From Camelus ferus (taxonomy: Eukaryota): DNA of 64,000 nt. The notes below the pieces were generated by a model. That model worked only from the letters and a program-made list of their open reading frames with translations, was not told the origin of the DNA and did no database searches. The stretch lies in NCBI RefSeq assembly GCF_009834535.1, contig NC_045697.1, positions 35,900,001-35,964,000 on the forward strand, written 5' to 3'. Shown piece after piece: positions 14,276-29,648 of this stretch. A program made the position numbers and the translations under genes. Numbering within the stretch: the first letter of the stretch is position 1; every line of letters begins with the position of its first letter.

Positions 14276-14739
14276 TGTGACAGACAGAATAACGGCCCTC
14301 AAAGATGTCCACACCCTAATCCCTGGAACCTGTGAATATTAACTTAGATGTCAAAAAGGACTTTGCGGGTATGATTAATTTAAGATTTGTGTGATGGGAT
14401 TATTCTGGATTATCAGAGTGGGTCCAGCATAATCAGGGGTCCTCATGAGAAAGGGACAAGAGTACCAGGGTCAGCGAGGAGCTATGATGACAGAAGCAGA
14501 GTTCAGAGAGAGATGTGAAGATGCTATGCTGCTGGCCCTGAAGAGAGAAAGGGCCATGAGCCAAGGAATGCAGGCAGGCCCTGGAAAAATGGGAAAAGGC
14601 CCTCCAGAAGGTGAGCCACTCTGCTGACACCTTGATTTTAGAACTTCTGACCTCCAGAGCTCTAAGAGAATAAATTTATCTCATTTTAAGATGTGAAGTT
14701 TGTGGTAAAAATTTACAGCAGCAATAGGAAATTAATACA
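14276..14739 (+). mobile_element. MaLR (MLT1-type) solo LTR
   Basis: Starts TGTGACAGACAGAATAACGGCCC...CCTAATCCCTGGAACCTGTGAAT and ends GCAGCAATAGGAAATTAATACA. Confidence 0.85.
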
Positions 14740-17700
14740 CTCCCTTCCCCAACAACCTCCACCCTCCACTCAGAGCATACTGTGTCTCCCTTACAGTATT
14801 TATTCCAACTGCTATAACATCTGTCCTATCCTCTGAACTATATACCTCATGGGAACAAAGACAATGTTTGACCACCTTAATATTGCACTCAGTGGCTAGC
14901 ATGGAGCAGGCCCATACCTGCTGGGTGGCTGGTGGGGTGGAGGGGTGGTCAGTTGGAGGATGGATGCACAGATGGTGCAGTCAAGGCTGTGTGAGCTGCT
15001 CCCACGTGCACAGTCATTTGGACACAAAGGTGTGAGTTTTCCTTGTCTACTGTCCAGTGAGACCTCAGCGGTACCCTCTACCACTCCCCCATTCTCCCTT
15101 CTCTGTTACAAATACACACCCTAGAAATTCCTTCCCGTGGATACAGAATGCCACTGATACTGACATTTGGAACCAAACTCTTGCTTCACACACTAGCATT
15201 TTCCATTGCAGTCATGAATTTTTGTGCATCTTCAATGGATTTGGGAGTTCACTACATTAAACGTAAATCTCTGTGTGATAAAAGGACACAGATATGGTGG
15301 GGAATGTTTCAAGAGATGATGATGATGGTGGTGGTGGTGGTGGTGGGTGCTTAAAGACCAGTTAGACAGTATAAATCAAAATTTTAAATAAGGATATCCT
15401 TCAATCCTGCAATTCTACTTCAAGCAATTTAGTCTACATATATACTCACACAGGTAGGAAGGACAGACTGTAACGAGGACCCAAATAATCCAGGCATGGC
15501 TGAAACACAATGGAAGTTTATTTCTCTCTTTCACATAAATACACAAGAGCAAGCAATGCAGGACTCAGGCTCCTTTTATCTTGTTGCTCTGTCGTCCTTA
15601 AGAGTCTATCTTTGGAAGCAACGTGGCCACTCCAGCTCCCTCCCATCAAACACCCTCTGCCAGGGGGAAGCAGACAAGGCGGGGAGGGACCGCTCCTCCC
15701 CTTTCAGGAACGCTCCTGGAAGCCGCACGCATCCCTTCCACTCATGATCCCGATGGCCAGAATCCTACACACGGACACACTGAGCTGCCAGGCAAGCTCG
15801 GCAAACATACTCTTTACCTGAGCAGCTACACGCAGCTAGCATCAGCCATGGAAAAAGGACATGGAAGGAACAATCAGCAGTCAATGCGTCAGATGCTCCT
15901 CCCTGGCAAGGTTTGTAACAGCAAAAAGTTAGAAATAACTGGTTAAATAATTATGGTAATAAACAGGACGGAATATCATGTAGCTACTTTTTAAAAAAAG
16001 TGAAGTGGCTCTACAAGTGTGGCTATGAAAATCTGCCCAAGATGCAGTGATAAGTGAAAACACGTTACAGCGTGACTCTGTGTGCAGGACGGTGCTGGAA
16101 ACGTCCTCCCTTCAGTCAGCAGACACGGAGTCCTCTCTGGGCCCAGGCTCTACATCTGAGGGACACCAAGTGAACAGAGCAGATTGGGCCTGCCTTCAAC
16201 ACCTACATTTTAATGGAAATTCCAGGAGGAATGCTTGAGCAGTTATTAGCACTTGTCACTGGTGTCTAGGGGGATGGGACTGGCAGATGACAAGGCCACC
16301 AGGGGGCTTTTTGTTTTCTCAACTGTTCAAATTTTCTACTATGAGCATATATTATTTTTGTCACTAAAAATTTAATAAAAAGTTCCCAAACTAATATCCT
16401 GCAGACCGGTTATCGAAGTAAACTGCAAGGTGCATCGCAAACCCGAGAGCCTGCACTTGTACTGCTGGCACCCAGCACCGCGGCACAGAAGGCAAGCGGG
16501 AGGCACTGAAAATGACTGACCACACGTGGAACAAAAAACTGAGCTATAGCGGCAAATCACAGGGTCTGGAGGGATGAGAAACAGAGTTCTCATTTCCATC
16601 AGTGAAAAAATTTGATAACCTTTGAAAAACAATGTACCACACTTTATTAAAAATAGAATCTGGGCTGGGACAAGTTCCAACAAGAAGACTGTAATGCTGG
16701 CTCTTCAAAGCACTTCTGAAAGCTATTGTGTGACTGCTGAGGGGTGCTACAAAAACACAAAACCAACAATAGCAACAACTTGGAAAGGATGAATCACAAA
16801 TATATCAGATGCGTATAGAAAGGCATTTCTTTTAAAGCAATTCTAAAGACAATTTATAAGGAAAACATGTTAGAATTTCTTCCTCTGGGGGAAGGGGGAA
16901 GGAGACAGATCCTTGCCCAGGAGGACATAATGAAAACAACAGGACTGCAAGGTCTATAAAAACCGACTAGAACACTTGTCATAATATGCAGGAGCCTAAA
17001 CCAAAAACAGAGACCAGGAAGGGGCGCTGGAGATCAGCTAGACCGTTTCACAGATGTAAAAACCAAGGCCCAGAGACATAAATGTATTTGTCACACCCAA
17101 GGCGACCCATTCTGTTGCATCCTGAGGCAAGCAGGCAGGCAGGCTCTCTTTCCAGTTTGTATAAAGCAGAGAAAGGACCAAAGTAACATGGAAGGATTTC
17201 TAAGTACATAGAGAATAATTCATTCATTATAAACCATGAATTAAAATATATGACAGGGGAGGTGAATGTTGTTGCTAAAACCACATTTTTAGCTCTATGT
17301 TCAAAAAAAGGCTATTTTACTTACTTTACAAGTATGACTTCAAAGTACAAAAGTACATAGAGGACTAATTCTCAAAAGGAGTAGTATTCCCAGACTTCTG
17401 AGGACAAAGGGTCATTCCTTGAGCCTTACAGAGAAAGGGAAGCAAAAATGAAGTTATACAGCCCAAGATCTCAGGATGAGTCAGGAGCCTCTTGTCAGAA
17501 TTCAAGGCTGGTTAGGGAGGAATTACAGTCACTGACTCCCAGATGTAACTAGTGATAATAATTATAGATAACAGTCACTGCTCTAAGCACCTGATATATA
17601 CTTTACTCATTTAAATCTTCATAATAACTCCATGAGGTAGGTGCTATTACTGACCCCATTTTAAAGATTAGAAAACTGAGGCACAGAGAGGGTGGATGCA

Positions 17701-18712
17701 GCCTAATGAATACTGGAACTGGATTTGAACTTAACTGAATCTGTCTCCAGAGTGTATGCTCCCAGCCATTACACAATACTGACTGTCAAGGTGGTGGGGT
17801 CCCCTCGGAACCCCAGAACTGCAGGAACTGAAGAACTGAGGAAACAGAAGGGGTCACAGAGTTATACAGGTAAACCCCTACTTTTGAGCCACCCCTCAGA
17901 ATATACTAGAATGAGGAACACACGTGTCCTTTTTTGTAAAATCACCACAGAATACTGCAACCTGTTTAATGAAAATGTAACACTGAGGTTGGGAGTCAGG
18001 AGAAACTTGAGATGTAGTCAAGAAGTGGATTTTTTTTCCCCAAAATGGTTTCAGGCTGTGAATCTTTAGCCAAATAGAAAAAGAAAATAATATTGTTTAA
18101 GACAGAAAGAGAAAACAACATCAAAAAGTAGAAACGAGTTCTGAGGAGTAAACCATTTTACTCCTAACAGTGGAATAATGTGCACTCTTACTTCCCTAAT
18201 TTCTAAATTTTGGGGTAGATACTGACATATATATAAAACAAACAAACAAACAATGGACCAGAGAGAAAGAACCTACCAGAAGTATACAGAACAAAATATG
18301 CTAATGCACTGATACAATTCATCTCTCAGTGTGGGGGTTACTTTGGAGGGGTGAGTGGGAAGAAGAGCTGTGAATTCCATCAGGGGAAGAACTGCCGTTG
18401 TTTTCTTACCCAAAGAAAGCTGTAAAATTATCTGTGTGCCTCTACAGAGACAGAAGTGCAGCCTGCAATTCTGAGCCTCTTGGTTCAGAAGGAGTGCATC
18501 CAGTTCTCTGACTCCCCAGAGCCATCCCCTCTACCTCTCCACCTCCTCCTCAGCATTGGCTTTAATGGCAACGTCTTCAATGTCAAAGCTACCATCCCAG
18601 CCCCGGACCCTTCCCTCTCGCAGAATCCTGTATCTCACTTCACATAACTTACCACAATTTGTAATAACATACTTTTGGGGGGGCTATTTAACATCTGTCT
18701 TCCCACTGGACC

Positions 18713-18921
18713 ACAGGTTGGCAAATGTCAATCCATGGGTCAAATGTGGCCCATCAACTGCTGTTGTAAATAAAGTTTTATTGGAACACTGCCACGATCA
18801 TTCATTTACTTATTGCTGCTACTTTCAAATACAACAGTAGAGTAGTTGTGACAGAGACACTGCAGCCCACAAAGCCTAAAATATTTACCGTCAAGCCCTT
18901 TACCAACAAACATGCCAACCC
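18713..18921. mobile_element. MER58-like hAT-Charlie MITE
   Basis: CAGGTTGGCAAA start, TTGTAAATAAAGTTTTATTGGAACAC, AAGCCTAAAATATTTAC, TGCCAACCCCT end. Confidence 0.78.
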
Positions 18922-21900
18922 CTACACTAGACCATAAACTCTATGAGGACAGGGGTTACGTCTGATTCGGTTCCCAGGACCTTGCAGAACATCTGGCCTA
19001 TAAAAGGCACTTACTAAATTTGCTGGTTAAATAAACTTGGTAAGCAGGGTAAACAGTACATGCCACTCGTTGTTCAGAGCACCTCACGTCTCTGTGTTCA
19101 CTGAACCTTGTCCACTAACCACGGCAGTTCCACTCATGCAGGAACGGAGGGACCTGCTCAAGCCCACTCAGCCAGTAAAGGCGGTGCCGGGACTCAACTC
19201 CCAGGCCACTCGGTTCCAGAGTGTGAGCTCCTGACCACAGTTAAGAAAGATCGTCTCTTCTTTCACATTTCTAGTAATTCCTTAGCTGCAGATGTAGGGA
19301 CTGGGCAGAGGGTCACGTCTGTTTCTGAGCATACCCTCTTGGGCTGTTGGCTGTCACACAGCACCTAACCAGGTGTGCACAGTACCCAGAGGGGCTACAA
19401 TGCCGCCCATCCTGCTCAGAGAGCAGACAGGCCACGTGGTCCCACCAAGCAACACTAAGGGACATTCTCCCTCCAAATGTCACTCAGACTCACTCGCCCC
19501 ATTTCACAGGTGAGGGAAATGAGGTGGTTAAATGACTTGCCAAGGTTAGTATGAGGCACAGGTCAGCTGTGAAGCCAGGATCTTAATCCCATCACACTAC
19601 AAACACAACTCCTGTGCTCACAGTGCTCCTCTGCCTCCATTTCCCCTCCCGGCTTCCATGAGGAGCCAGGCATCCACAGGAAGGTAGTTAAAGGGCAGTT
19701 TCATTCTGCACCATGACAGCATAACAGTTCCACACCTTCTACGATCCCGAGTAGGGAAAAATAACTGGAAAAAAACCTCAACATGACGTCACTTAAAAAC
19801 CATAACAGAAGCAAAGACGTCTGCTACTGAAGAAAGGCGACCTGGGGATACATCATGATCCCAAGTCCTCACAGAAGGGACAGTAAAGAGCAGCTAGAGA
19901 CTCTGGCTTGTAAAACAACTCTCCACCTGTCTAGAGACAGCATAACAAAATCCCCAGGCAAAGACAAAATTTCAACTCGAACATTGAACAAAGAAAACTG
20001 GGTCTGGGTCTGTCCTCCAGCTGAAAATGAAGGAGGATATGTTCACCCAGTCACTGAATTCAGTGAACTTGAGGTAAGAACCCCATTCCCAACCCAATGT
20101 CTGCAAAGTCACCAAGATGCCTCCTCGACTATGAAGTCTCTTAAGCTCCTACTTTACCCAGAGGTACCCTTCCTATTACTTCCCCGGAAGGCAGCACCGG
20201 TGGCATGGGATCCTGGCAAAGCCCCAGGTCAAAGAAGCCAACTCTGCAAATTTAACTAATAGAGTACTTCCAAGTACTTTCTTCACAACTCTCTAGTTCA
20301 ACTAGAGAGCTCAAGGTCTTCATCAGTGAAAAATCAGGACACCAGTATCCCCACCTCACAGGGTGGAATCCCTACCCTTGCATCAGTATTGCACATCAGA
20401 GCTATGCTGCTCTAATGTAACGAAAACATTCTGCAACATACTGATTAGGAAACATAAAATATAAAATTCCATGCTCTCTTCTTCCATCCCCAAACAGGGT
20501 GGCAATGGGAGAAAAGAGAGCGAGCAAGGGATCTTTACTGCAGTATGACACAAAGCGTTCACACTGCCATGAGCGAAGTCCAGAAACTGAAAACATGTAT
20601 AATGAATGGACAGAGTAATTTTGTATCTGTCAAGTTTAGTCATAAAAACGGGGTTTGTGTTTTATGTATCTTTGGGATTTCTATTCCATTTTGCAATTAA
20701 TTTTTCATTGCATTTTACAAAAGTATCAGTCTGTGACAGATTGAAAATAAAAATAAAACTGGTCCTTCCCCACAGACTTTGAAAATAATTGCCAACAGCA
20801 AAGCAGTTAAATGAAACTGAGCTTGTTTTCTGAAATGTGTGAATAGCTGCTCAAGCTCACTCCTAATCTGAGAAATACAAACTAAAAATAAACGAACACA
20901 CCATTTTTTCCCTCTACTGGCAAAGATCAAAAGGTTTTTGGATAGCACCCCACTTTGGCAAGGCTGAGGGCAACAAGAGTCACACATATTGATAGTGGAA
21001 GGCAATGTGGCAAAAACCCATCTATGTAATACATGCAAATCCACTCCTAGGAAGTCAGCTGATAGATATACTCCCACATATACCAAATGATGTATGGACA
21101 AAGGTGTTCCCTGCAGGCTTGTTTGTAAAAACCGAAGACTGGAAAACTACCTTCATGCCCATCAGCAGGAGGCTGGTTAAGTGAATTCAATACTTGCAGG
21201 CAATTGACTACTCTGCAGCCATCAAAAAAAAAAAAAAAAAAAAGAGGATGCCCTTTACACACTAGCATGGATTCACTTCCAATATACAAAAAGCAAAGGT
21301 CAGATCAGGAATGATCAGCATATGCTACAAGCATGACGTGTGTTTTAAAAAACTCGGAGAGAAATATTAGCATATTTGTTTGTATATACATAAGATACCT
21401 CTGAATGGAAGCTGAAGAAACTGTAAATACTGATGGATGCCAGAGACAAGAACTGGGTATATTTGCAACATATGTCTTTTTGTACAATCTAAAAGTTCTA
21501 CCAGATGAACTCATAGGACTTTTTCAAAAACTTTAAAATTTTTTTAAAAGAAAGAAACTGAGTGTAGCTACTCGTATGTTTCTGTTAGGAACACCTAACT
21601 GTGTACACCATGTAACACAAAAGGGTTTGTTGTATGCTTATCAGATGACTGAAAATCTTTCACTACATGAAGTGCCCTCATTACTAGGAAAGGAAAAACA
21701 CTGTATCCTGACTGATGATTACAAAGGCTTTGCCACACACCATCAGCCCTGTGTCTTCCAGCAAGATCTCAGTCGGAAATCACAGTTTCTTCCTCCTTTT
21801 GTCTGCTCCACATGCTTCCCCTCCCTAGTCTTGCCTCTGATTGGAAACCATATTGAGTTCACAACATACTAGCTCATCTCTTTCTCAGCACCGCTCACCA

Positions 21901-23486
21901 GAAGTCACAGTTCTTAACACCTTACAGACCCAAAAAGACCTAACTCACCTGCCCAATGTCACGAAAGCTACAAAGCGGCAGGGTCAGGACTGGAAGCTGG
22001 GACCTGGGATCTGGGGTTCAGGGCTCTTTCTGCTACATCCTTTGGACTCCTTTGCTAGTGGGAAGGAAGGGGGCACTAGAAGAAAACAGCAATTAAATGG
22101 CCAGGCATTGGGCTAAGCACTAGACAGAAATGATTCCACTAATGTCCCACAGCACCCCAGGGAGGGAAGTTCTCTCATCACCCACGTGCTATGGATAAGA
22201 AGCAGTCTCTGAGAGTCTGGATGACGGCGTGCTCTCACACCCACCCAACAGTGCTGTGGAAACTCCAACCAAATCCCATCCACGTGCTCACCTGCCTCCA
22301 GAAGAAGCTCGCCAGCCTGCAATCTGCCAACCAGGTAAACCATAAAGAACCTCTTATCTGAGCCAACATCTCCCACACTATGGACCAGGAATCCTCGAGG
22401 GAAGGGAGATAATCTTAGGTGGCATGAGTATGAACATTTTTAACTTTGGCAATTATGCTTTTGATATGTATTAGAAAAGCATATAACTAGCTCATCAAAC
22501 CCATTCCTTCACAGATGTCTCCGCACAGAACGAGGCCAAATTAAAAGAAGCTGGACAGATTTAAGGACAACTACTAAATAAATAAGTTTGGGTGGTTCTG
22601 AGATACAATGAAAACCATGGAGGTCAACAGGCTGACATTTGAGAATCACTGGGCTAAGCAAGCAGATCCAGTCCGTGGTGTTCCTCTAGAGGGAGAGAAA
22701 CTTGGGGACACCTCAGCATCCAAGGCACATTAGTTCTGAATGTTGCTTTATATGTATTCATTTTTCATCTGCCCTCCCCTCTCCATACCACACGGCCTCT
22801 GCAGGACAAAGTCAGCAGAGCATCCTGAAACCCTGTACTTAAAGGGCAGTGTCCTGTGGCAGCTTAACCTGGATAGCACTAATTACACCTACAGTAGATC
22901 AACTGGTACCGAATAATTATTTTGAGCACTGCCTCCTACTCCGCCTCACTCTGAGTTTCTGACTTGGAGAGCTGACTGGGAGAAAGCTGTGAACCTCTCT
23001 CTAGCCCTGCATACCCCAGAGACAGTGAGCAGCACTCCCCCCGCCCCAATCTCCCAGCATCTGCAGTCAGAATGACACCATCTGGTGAATTTCGCCTCTG
23101 CTCTTGCCCAGCCTCCTTCCCCAATCCTACTCCTCCCCAAACGCCCACTAAATGTAGACAGCAGGTCAAAATGAAAGAATTCCTTCATCTTCTGCAATAC
23201 CAGCCCAATGGCTCTGTGCTTTGAGTAAACCAAAGGAAAATGTTCAACACTAAAAGATAATTTTGAAAATATGCAAGAGGGCATCACAGCTCACAAACTG
23301 CTTCAGTAGGCACGGCAGCCTTTGATCCTCCCAAAAACACGAGGAGGAGGGTATTTCATCACGTCTTTTTGTGTTGTAAAAAGATGGGGAAACAGGTTCT
23401 GAGATTTAGCAAGCAGGATTTCAAACCCCAAACTCCTCCACTTTGATCCGTAAGTAAGAAAAAAATTGTTTTCTTTTTCTTCTTAG

Positions 23487-23653
23487 GGCTGTGATACTCT
23501 AACTGTGCACCCCAAACCAGGAGCATCTGGTCACCGGAGAGCTCGCTAGAAATGCAAAAGCTCAGCCCCACTCCTGACCTCTTAAATCAGAATCTGCATT
23601 TTAACAAGATCCCCAGGTAATTCCTGCGGACAGTAACATTTGAGGAGCACTGC
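23487..23653. mobile_element. MER5-like hAT MITE
   Basis: TAGAAATGCA...AATCAGAATCTGCATTTTAACAAGATCCCCAGGT...TTTGAG. Similar copies lie at about 24915-25080, 45870-46020 and 48416-48596. Confidence 0.72.
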
Positions 23654-24311
23654 TTTGCTGCAAGGCAATCCCCCCGCTCTACCACACTACAGCTCTCCTT
23701 TCATGTACCCAGTCATTACATACTGTACGCCTACCACACGTGTGCTAGGTGCTGTGCTGAATGCTGGGAAATCAACAGTGGGTAAGAGAACATAGCTCCT
23801 GCCCTCGTGGAGTCTAACACAGAGGTTTTTCAACCCTGGATGCTCATCAGAATCAACTATGGCACTAAAAAAGGTGGGGGGGGGGAGCCTAAAACCCACC
23901 CCAACCTACCTACACCTCCACACAGTCAGAAACAGCTTCAAGTCCTAGAAGCTGTGACTCAGAAGAGCTCCAATTCATGCAGCTACCTTGGAGAGCAATT
24001 CGACAATATCTAGGGAAGCTGCAGTGGGCATATCTCAGGGCAGCGTTTCCCCTTCCAGGACGATAATCCTGGAGAAATGGAGGCACGTGGGCAAGGAAGA
24101 CAGGAATGCTCACTGCAGCACTGTTTCCAGACAGAATATTTTGGAAACTATCCAATTGTTCCCAAATAAGGACAAGGATAAGTAAACCGTGGTTCAGTCA
24201 AAGAACACTGTTAAGGAGTCATTAGAATGAATAAATAAATAGATGGATATGTGTCAACATATTCTCGAGTCTAACTGTTGAGTGGAAAAGATAGTTGCAA
24301 AAAGCCACATA

Positions 24312-24316
<5 letters not shown>

Positions 24317-24354
<38 letters not shown>
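24317..24354. repeat. (CA)n microsatellite
   Basis: About 19 uninterrupted AC units. A shorter (TG)n lies at about 10617-10639. Confidence 0.95.
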
Positions 24355-24358
<4 letters not shown>

Positions 24359-27300
24359 TGATAGACTGCTATGGATTCATAAATATGAAGTACACAGACA
24401 TGCCTGGTAAACACGTACCATCTTCAGGAAAATAGATAGTTCTAGGAGGAGAGGAGAGGGACAGGGGTGGTTAAGGATTTTTTTTAAGGTAGTATCTCTA
24501 AAAAGAGATCCTAGCCAAGGACGATTAAATTATGTCTGTTAAATCCGAAAGGCTGGCATTTGGGGATATAAGATACATTAAATTACATTCTTTTTTTTTC
24601 ATACTTTTTTGGGTGTTAATAATGTTTCATGATTTAATTTTTTTAAATTTCTTTCAAAAGCTTCAAGGAGAATGTGATTTACAGCCAGGGTTGGAAACCC
24701 CTGTTCTAGGAGCATAAAGTAATAAAACTCTAGCAATTTAATATCAGGAAATATATCTACAAAACAGCAATGATCTATAGCTCTTGCAGTTAAATTACTA
24801 CCTTAAATAGTCTTACATAGAATTTTAAAAACTTTCACGTGGCAGATAATTTCTATAAGGTATATATATATATATTTTTTTTAGGAGACTGAGGTTATTA
24901 CCAAAGGAAAGCAATATTTCTCAAAGTGGGACCCTCACCTGCAGCAGAAGGAAGGCGTGAGAAGGGAAGGGAGTACTTGTTACAATGCAGATTCCACATT
25001 CCCAGCCTTAGACTGAATCAAAATCCCTGGGGGCAGAAACCCAGGGTCTGAATTTTTAATAAAATAATGCACCTGAGGGCACAATTCTTTGGTACACTAA
25101 AGAAATGACTCAAGTATAACATATTTTAAGTTGTTGTTAATCATATTTTTAAAACCATACGTGTCTATGTTCAAGAAGGTGACATTCGTCATACTCTGAA
25201 AATTAAAATAAAGCACAAGGCATGTTTTCTAAATATTTGAGGTCGTAATTCCACAAGGACGTTCAAGTAGATCCTGATAAAAGCTGGCTTCCGGCATAGT
25301 ATATCTAACCCAGAGACAAAGAAATGTATTTTAGGAAGAATGTAACTTCGCATTGCCTTTCTTAAAATAACTTCAAAAAGCGACTGGGTAAACAGGAAAA
25401 CTCCACCGGTCCAGCCCTGCTACTGTCCTCACCGGAAGGGGCCCCAGACACGATACTCACCACAGCCAAATTCAATTAAACAAAGCAGGAGTGATGTCAC
25501 TTGAGCTGAGACCTGGCTAGCACAGCAACAGATCCCAAATTTCCTCTCAATACTCAAGCTATCATCTAGACTCCAATCTATAATCCTTTTGCTGCAAGTT
25601 TTCCACCATCTTATTATCACATCCTCAGCTTCTACCTTCAGTTCCATCCTTATCTTTCTTGAGTTTCTCTCTGGTCTCCCTGATGCTCCCCTTCATCCGT
25701 TTCCCTGTGCAGACAAAACCAACACTGCAATCCAGACTTGCAAGCCTTAGAAAACTGCTCCGGAGCCCCTGGATTAAAAACAACCTAGCACAATGAACAC
25801 ATGAAAAGATGTTCAGCCTCACTAGTAAACAAGAAATGGCACATTTTACACCACAAAGATCCCATCTCATGCCCATCAGACTGGCAAAGTATCAAGTCTA
25901 ACAGTACTGAGTGTCTGCAAGCATGTGGAGTAACTGGAACTCCCAAAGGCTGCTGGCTGGAAGGCAAACGGGCACAGCTGCTTTGGAGAGCAATCCAGCA
26001 ACATGTTAGAGTCAAAGATGCCCATTTCGTTTGACCCAGCAATCTCCCCTCTTGGTATGGACCACAGAGGAAAAACTAAACATATGCACAGGGAGACAAG
26101 TTCAAAACTGTCCCGACACGCATGCAACACTATAAACCCAACGATAAAATGAATAGACAAATTGTAGCATACTCATGTGATGGAATATTACACAACCAGC
26201 TAAAATAACTTAGAATTACATGTGTTTACATGGATAAATCTCAAAGTCATAATTTAAACAAAAGCAAACTGAAAAGCAGTGGTTCAGTATTACAAGAGCG
26301 TGTTTAAAACATAAGGAAGCAATACTATATCTGGTTCATGAATACATACGTATCTAGTTAAAGTATAAAAACATGTGAAAAACACCAAATTCAGAAAAGC
26401 GGTCACTGTCTGGAGGGAAGGGGGATGAAATGGGGAAGCGCTTGCTTGTATTTGTAATATTGTATTCCTTCACGGGGTGATAGATCCTGGGTGTTCATCC
26501 TATCAGTCTCCTTATTTTTCTGTATGCCTGACATTGATCACCACCTAGAAAAAGCCCCAAGTCTGAGCTACTTTAAAGCATTTGAGGGTTCTGAAAAAGG
26601 AATCAGAACTTGATGGACAGGTGGAAGGTTGGACCTCTGAGTGGAGAGCTTAGAGAACCAACAGGTCTCCCGCACACTCTTAGACCTCTCCACAGCAAAT
26701 CGTTATTCTCAGAATTGTAAAATTCCAGGTAGCAGACTTGTGCAAAAATTCTAAGTCAGAATCCCTGAGCAGAAACATTCCAAAAAGCCTTTAGTGCCAG
26801 GGTTGGTTGCTGATATAGAATTTATCTGCCTTAAGAAAAGTTTATCCTTGTTCATTTTGGGGTGGCTGTTCTCTTTAAAGATCAGCAAGGCCTTTCAAAC
26901 CCTTAGCCTAGCATTTAGTTTCACCACAACTGAAGGTTTACTATAAGAAGTTGCATTAAAAATATTTATGCCAGAAAAGTTAACTAGACTAAAAGACACC
27001 ACCTTTTATAACTCTTCCAGTCAATCTGCTTTGGGCTGACTCCGGGGGAGGCTAGAGATAAAACCACCAAGAGACAGATACCCTCCTGATGCTACCATAG
27101 AATTAAACACCATCATAAAACCTCAACTCATTCAAACGAACTAGACAGCCCAGGGTAGAAGGGCAGAAAAGACATGGGAAATAGAGAATTTTCTCTTAAT
27201 TGCTAAAGAAAATCAAAACTGAAAATTACTTTCAATTACAACCCAAACAGACCAAAATTCCACATTAGTGAAAAATAAATAAATAGGTTTTACTGTTTGG

Positions 27301-27628
27301 GTGAACTGGAACACATTAAGTTGACATCCAGAAAATGGTATCACAATCTTTAATTCTAACTAAATATTGGCATTCAGCTTTGTTTTCCCCTACGATTCCA
27401 AAAAAAAACAGAGAAGACTCTGTAGACCTAATTGTCAGGTCCTGACCCAACACAAACTCCTCCATATTAGATCTGAGAGGCCAGAAGAACAGAATTTTCT
27501 TTAAATATTAACCCACCCCACTTCAAGCTGCAATTTCTAAATCTGACAACTATCAGAGTAGAAGCTCACACATGACTTTAACCACTCTGAGCTAATACAT
27601 TAGACTCAGCTTACAGTCTCCAATTACC

Positions 27629-27713
27629 TTTTTTTTTTTTTTTTTAATGGAGGTACAGGGGATAGAAGCCAGGATCTTGTGCATGCTAAGACCCTGAGCT
27701 ATTACTACCCCCC
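27629..27713 (-). mobile_element. tRNA-derived SINE (Vic-1-like), degraded
   Basis: T-run followed by the reverse complement of the same SINE head, with a small internal deletion. Confidence 0.78.
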
Positions 27714-29481
27714 TCAATTATCTCTGACAATGGGAAGCAGGAGTAACAGTAATGAGGAAGAGACAAGATATCTCTTCCCCCAAATTTTGAGATTTACATA
27801 TTTTTAAATAATTAAAAATTTTCTTCCAACTAGTCTCAAAATACTTGCCTCAAATAAGTAATTGACTTACCAATATAAAATGACCACTATAAAAATCCCC
27901 TAGCTTTGCTACAAATTTTTTACTAATTTTACTTTCCCTTCATATCAAGGCGACTTCATCTGCTTACAAGAATTCAAATCTGGCACTCACAACAGTGCCC
28001 AATAATATCCTGGATGCTGAAATGCTAATATCTGGTAAATACAGCTCCATTTTAAACAAAGTAGCTAGGTACTCAAGTAAAGACTCTAAGAAATACTACT
28101 AAGATGCTTTTGACAACCAAAAATACATATATCAGCTTTACAAGTTGAGGGAAAAACTAAGGGCCCAAGAAATACAACAATTTATCCAGAGGCACCATTA
28201 GATTCATGCTTAGCTGGAGAGACACTGAAAGGCAGATTCCAGTTCCAGATTACATTGACTATCATAATGTCCTCATATAAAATTAAAAAACAGTCAATTG
28301 TGGGTCAAATGTAAATTATATTAAAGAAAGGCCCTGCTATGTTCATCAGTCTTTCTACTATACTGCTTCTGAGATTTTGTTCAACCTTTATCCATGTGGA
28401 TATCACACTGTATTGAAATTATTTCATCTTCACCAATGTTATATGCCCACAAGATAAGAAACCACTGAGCTCCTTGGGAATAGGGACTCATCTCATTCAG
28501 TTAAGCACCACTAACATGGATGTCCTCAACAGATGGTCATTTCTGAGAACAAAAATGTAAGCTATTTGACACATGGCATTTCTTCCATGGCACATCTTAC
28601 AGCAGTATTAACAAATGAAATTAAGATTTGATGATTTAGGCCATGTTGCATCAGTACAAGTCACATTTCTAGAAGGCACATTTGATTTCTCCTAACAAAT
28701 GCTTCCTCTTTAGAAAATTCCAAGGCTCTTCAAGCATTAAATTTACCCCCAAAAAACCTTCCATTTGTAGGGCCATTAAAAATATGTAGTAAGTTAAGTC
28801 CATTAGTCTGGACAAAAGTCAGAGGATTATCAACAAGGAACATTTTCTCATGCTTGGTAGCAGGCAGCTAGTACATTTTTAAAATTACAACACACCAGCC
28901 AAACAAGCTTTACTATCTCTGAACCAGATACACTGTGTGGCTAAGCTGACAAGCCCAAAGCAAGTTGATCAAGAATCACTATGGCAGGAATTCACATGAA
29001 CTGAAATTAAAACAAATGGGAACTCGCATTAAACTGCCAATGGACAATAAAACTTTAGTGAGGTAGGAGACAAGTGGAGGGATGTGAATGTTTTCCAAGA
29101 CCCCTATGTCTAAAACTGGCACAAGAAGTGTGGGGGAAAGAAAAGGTTTTATTTCTCAATCACACTAAGGATTTGCTACAAGGTTTTTTCCTGCTTTGCT
29201 GGGTCCTTTCTTGCCTGCTGGACTAAACAAATCCACTTCTCAATGTTAGGTCTTGGTTTGTACAAGCCTCACCTAGAAGGATATCTTTTAACACTCTCTC
29301 TGGACACACAGCAGCCTGTTTAAAATATGTCAAGTGACCTGCTTAAAAAAATGCAATTGCTACTTGCTCCTACTACTACTACTCAAACCAGCTGGGACCA
29401 AAAGGAGTCAGGCATGAGAAGGATCAGTTAAGAGTCCCAAAGACAAACTAAACGGTGAAGGGAGACCCACAGAAGACCTAC

Positions 29482-29499
29482 CTGGAAACAATTCATCAT
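29482..29499 (-). CDS. USP46: Alternative USP46 first coding exon, (M)MNCFQ
   Basis: Minus strand reads ATG ATG AAT TGT TTC CAG|GTAGGT. The phase-0 donor joins exon 2 in frame. MNCFQ is the alternative N-terminus I recall for a human USP46 isoform. Confidence 0.8.
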
Positions 29500-29629
29500 C
29501 GAGTGAAAAATCTAAAGAGGAAACCAATGAAAATGTATCTCTGATCAAGTGAAAAGACAGCAGTCTCCTCATCACCGAGCCTCCTCTGCAGGAAGTCAGA
29601 TTGGGAGGGACCAGGATGACCTGAGCAGC

Positions 29630-29648
29630 CTTTTATAAGGGGTGGGGT
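29630..29648 (-). promoter_or_regulatory. TATA box (TATAAAAG, 29637-29630) with adjacent CACCC/KLF-type box; probable promoter of the alternative USP46 first exon
   Basis: Minus strand reads ACCCCACCCCTTATAAAAGG, about 130 nt upstream of the MMNCFQ ATG. Confidence 0.6.
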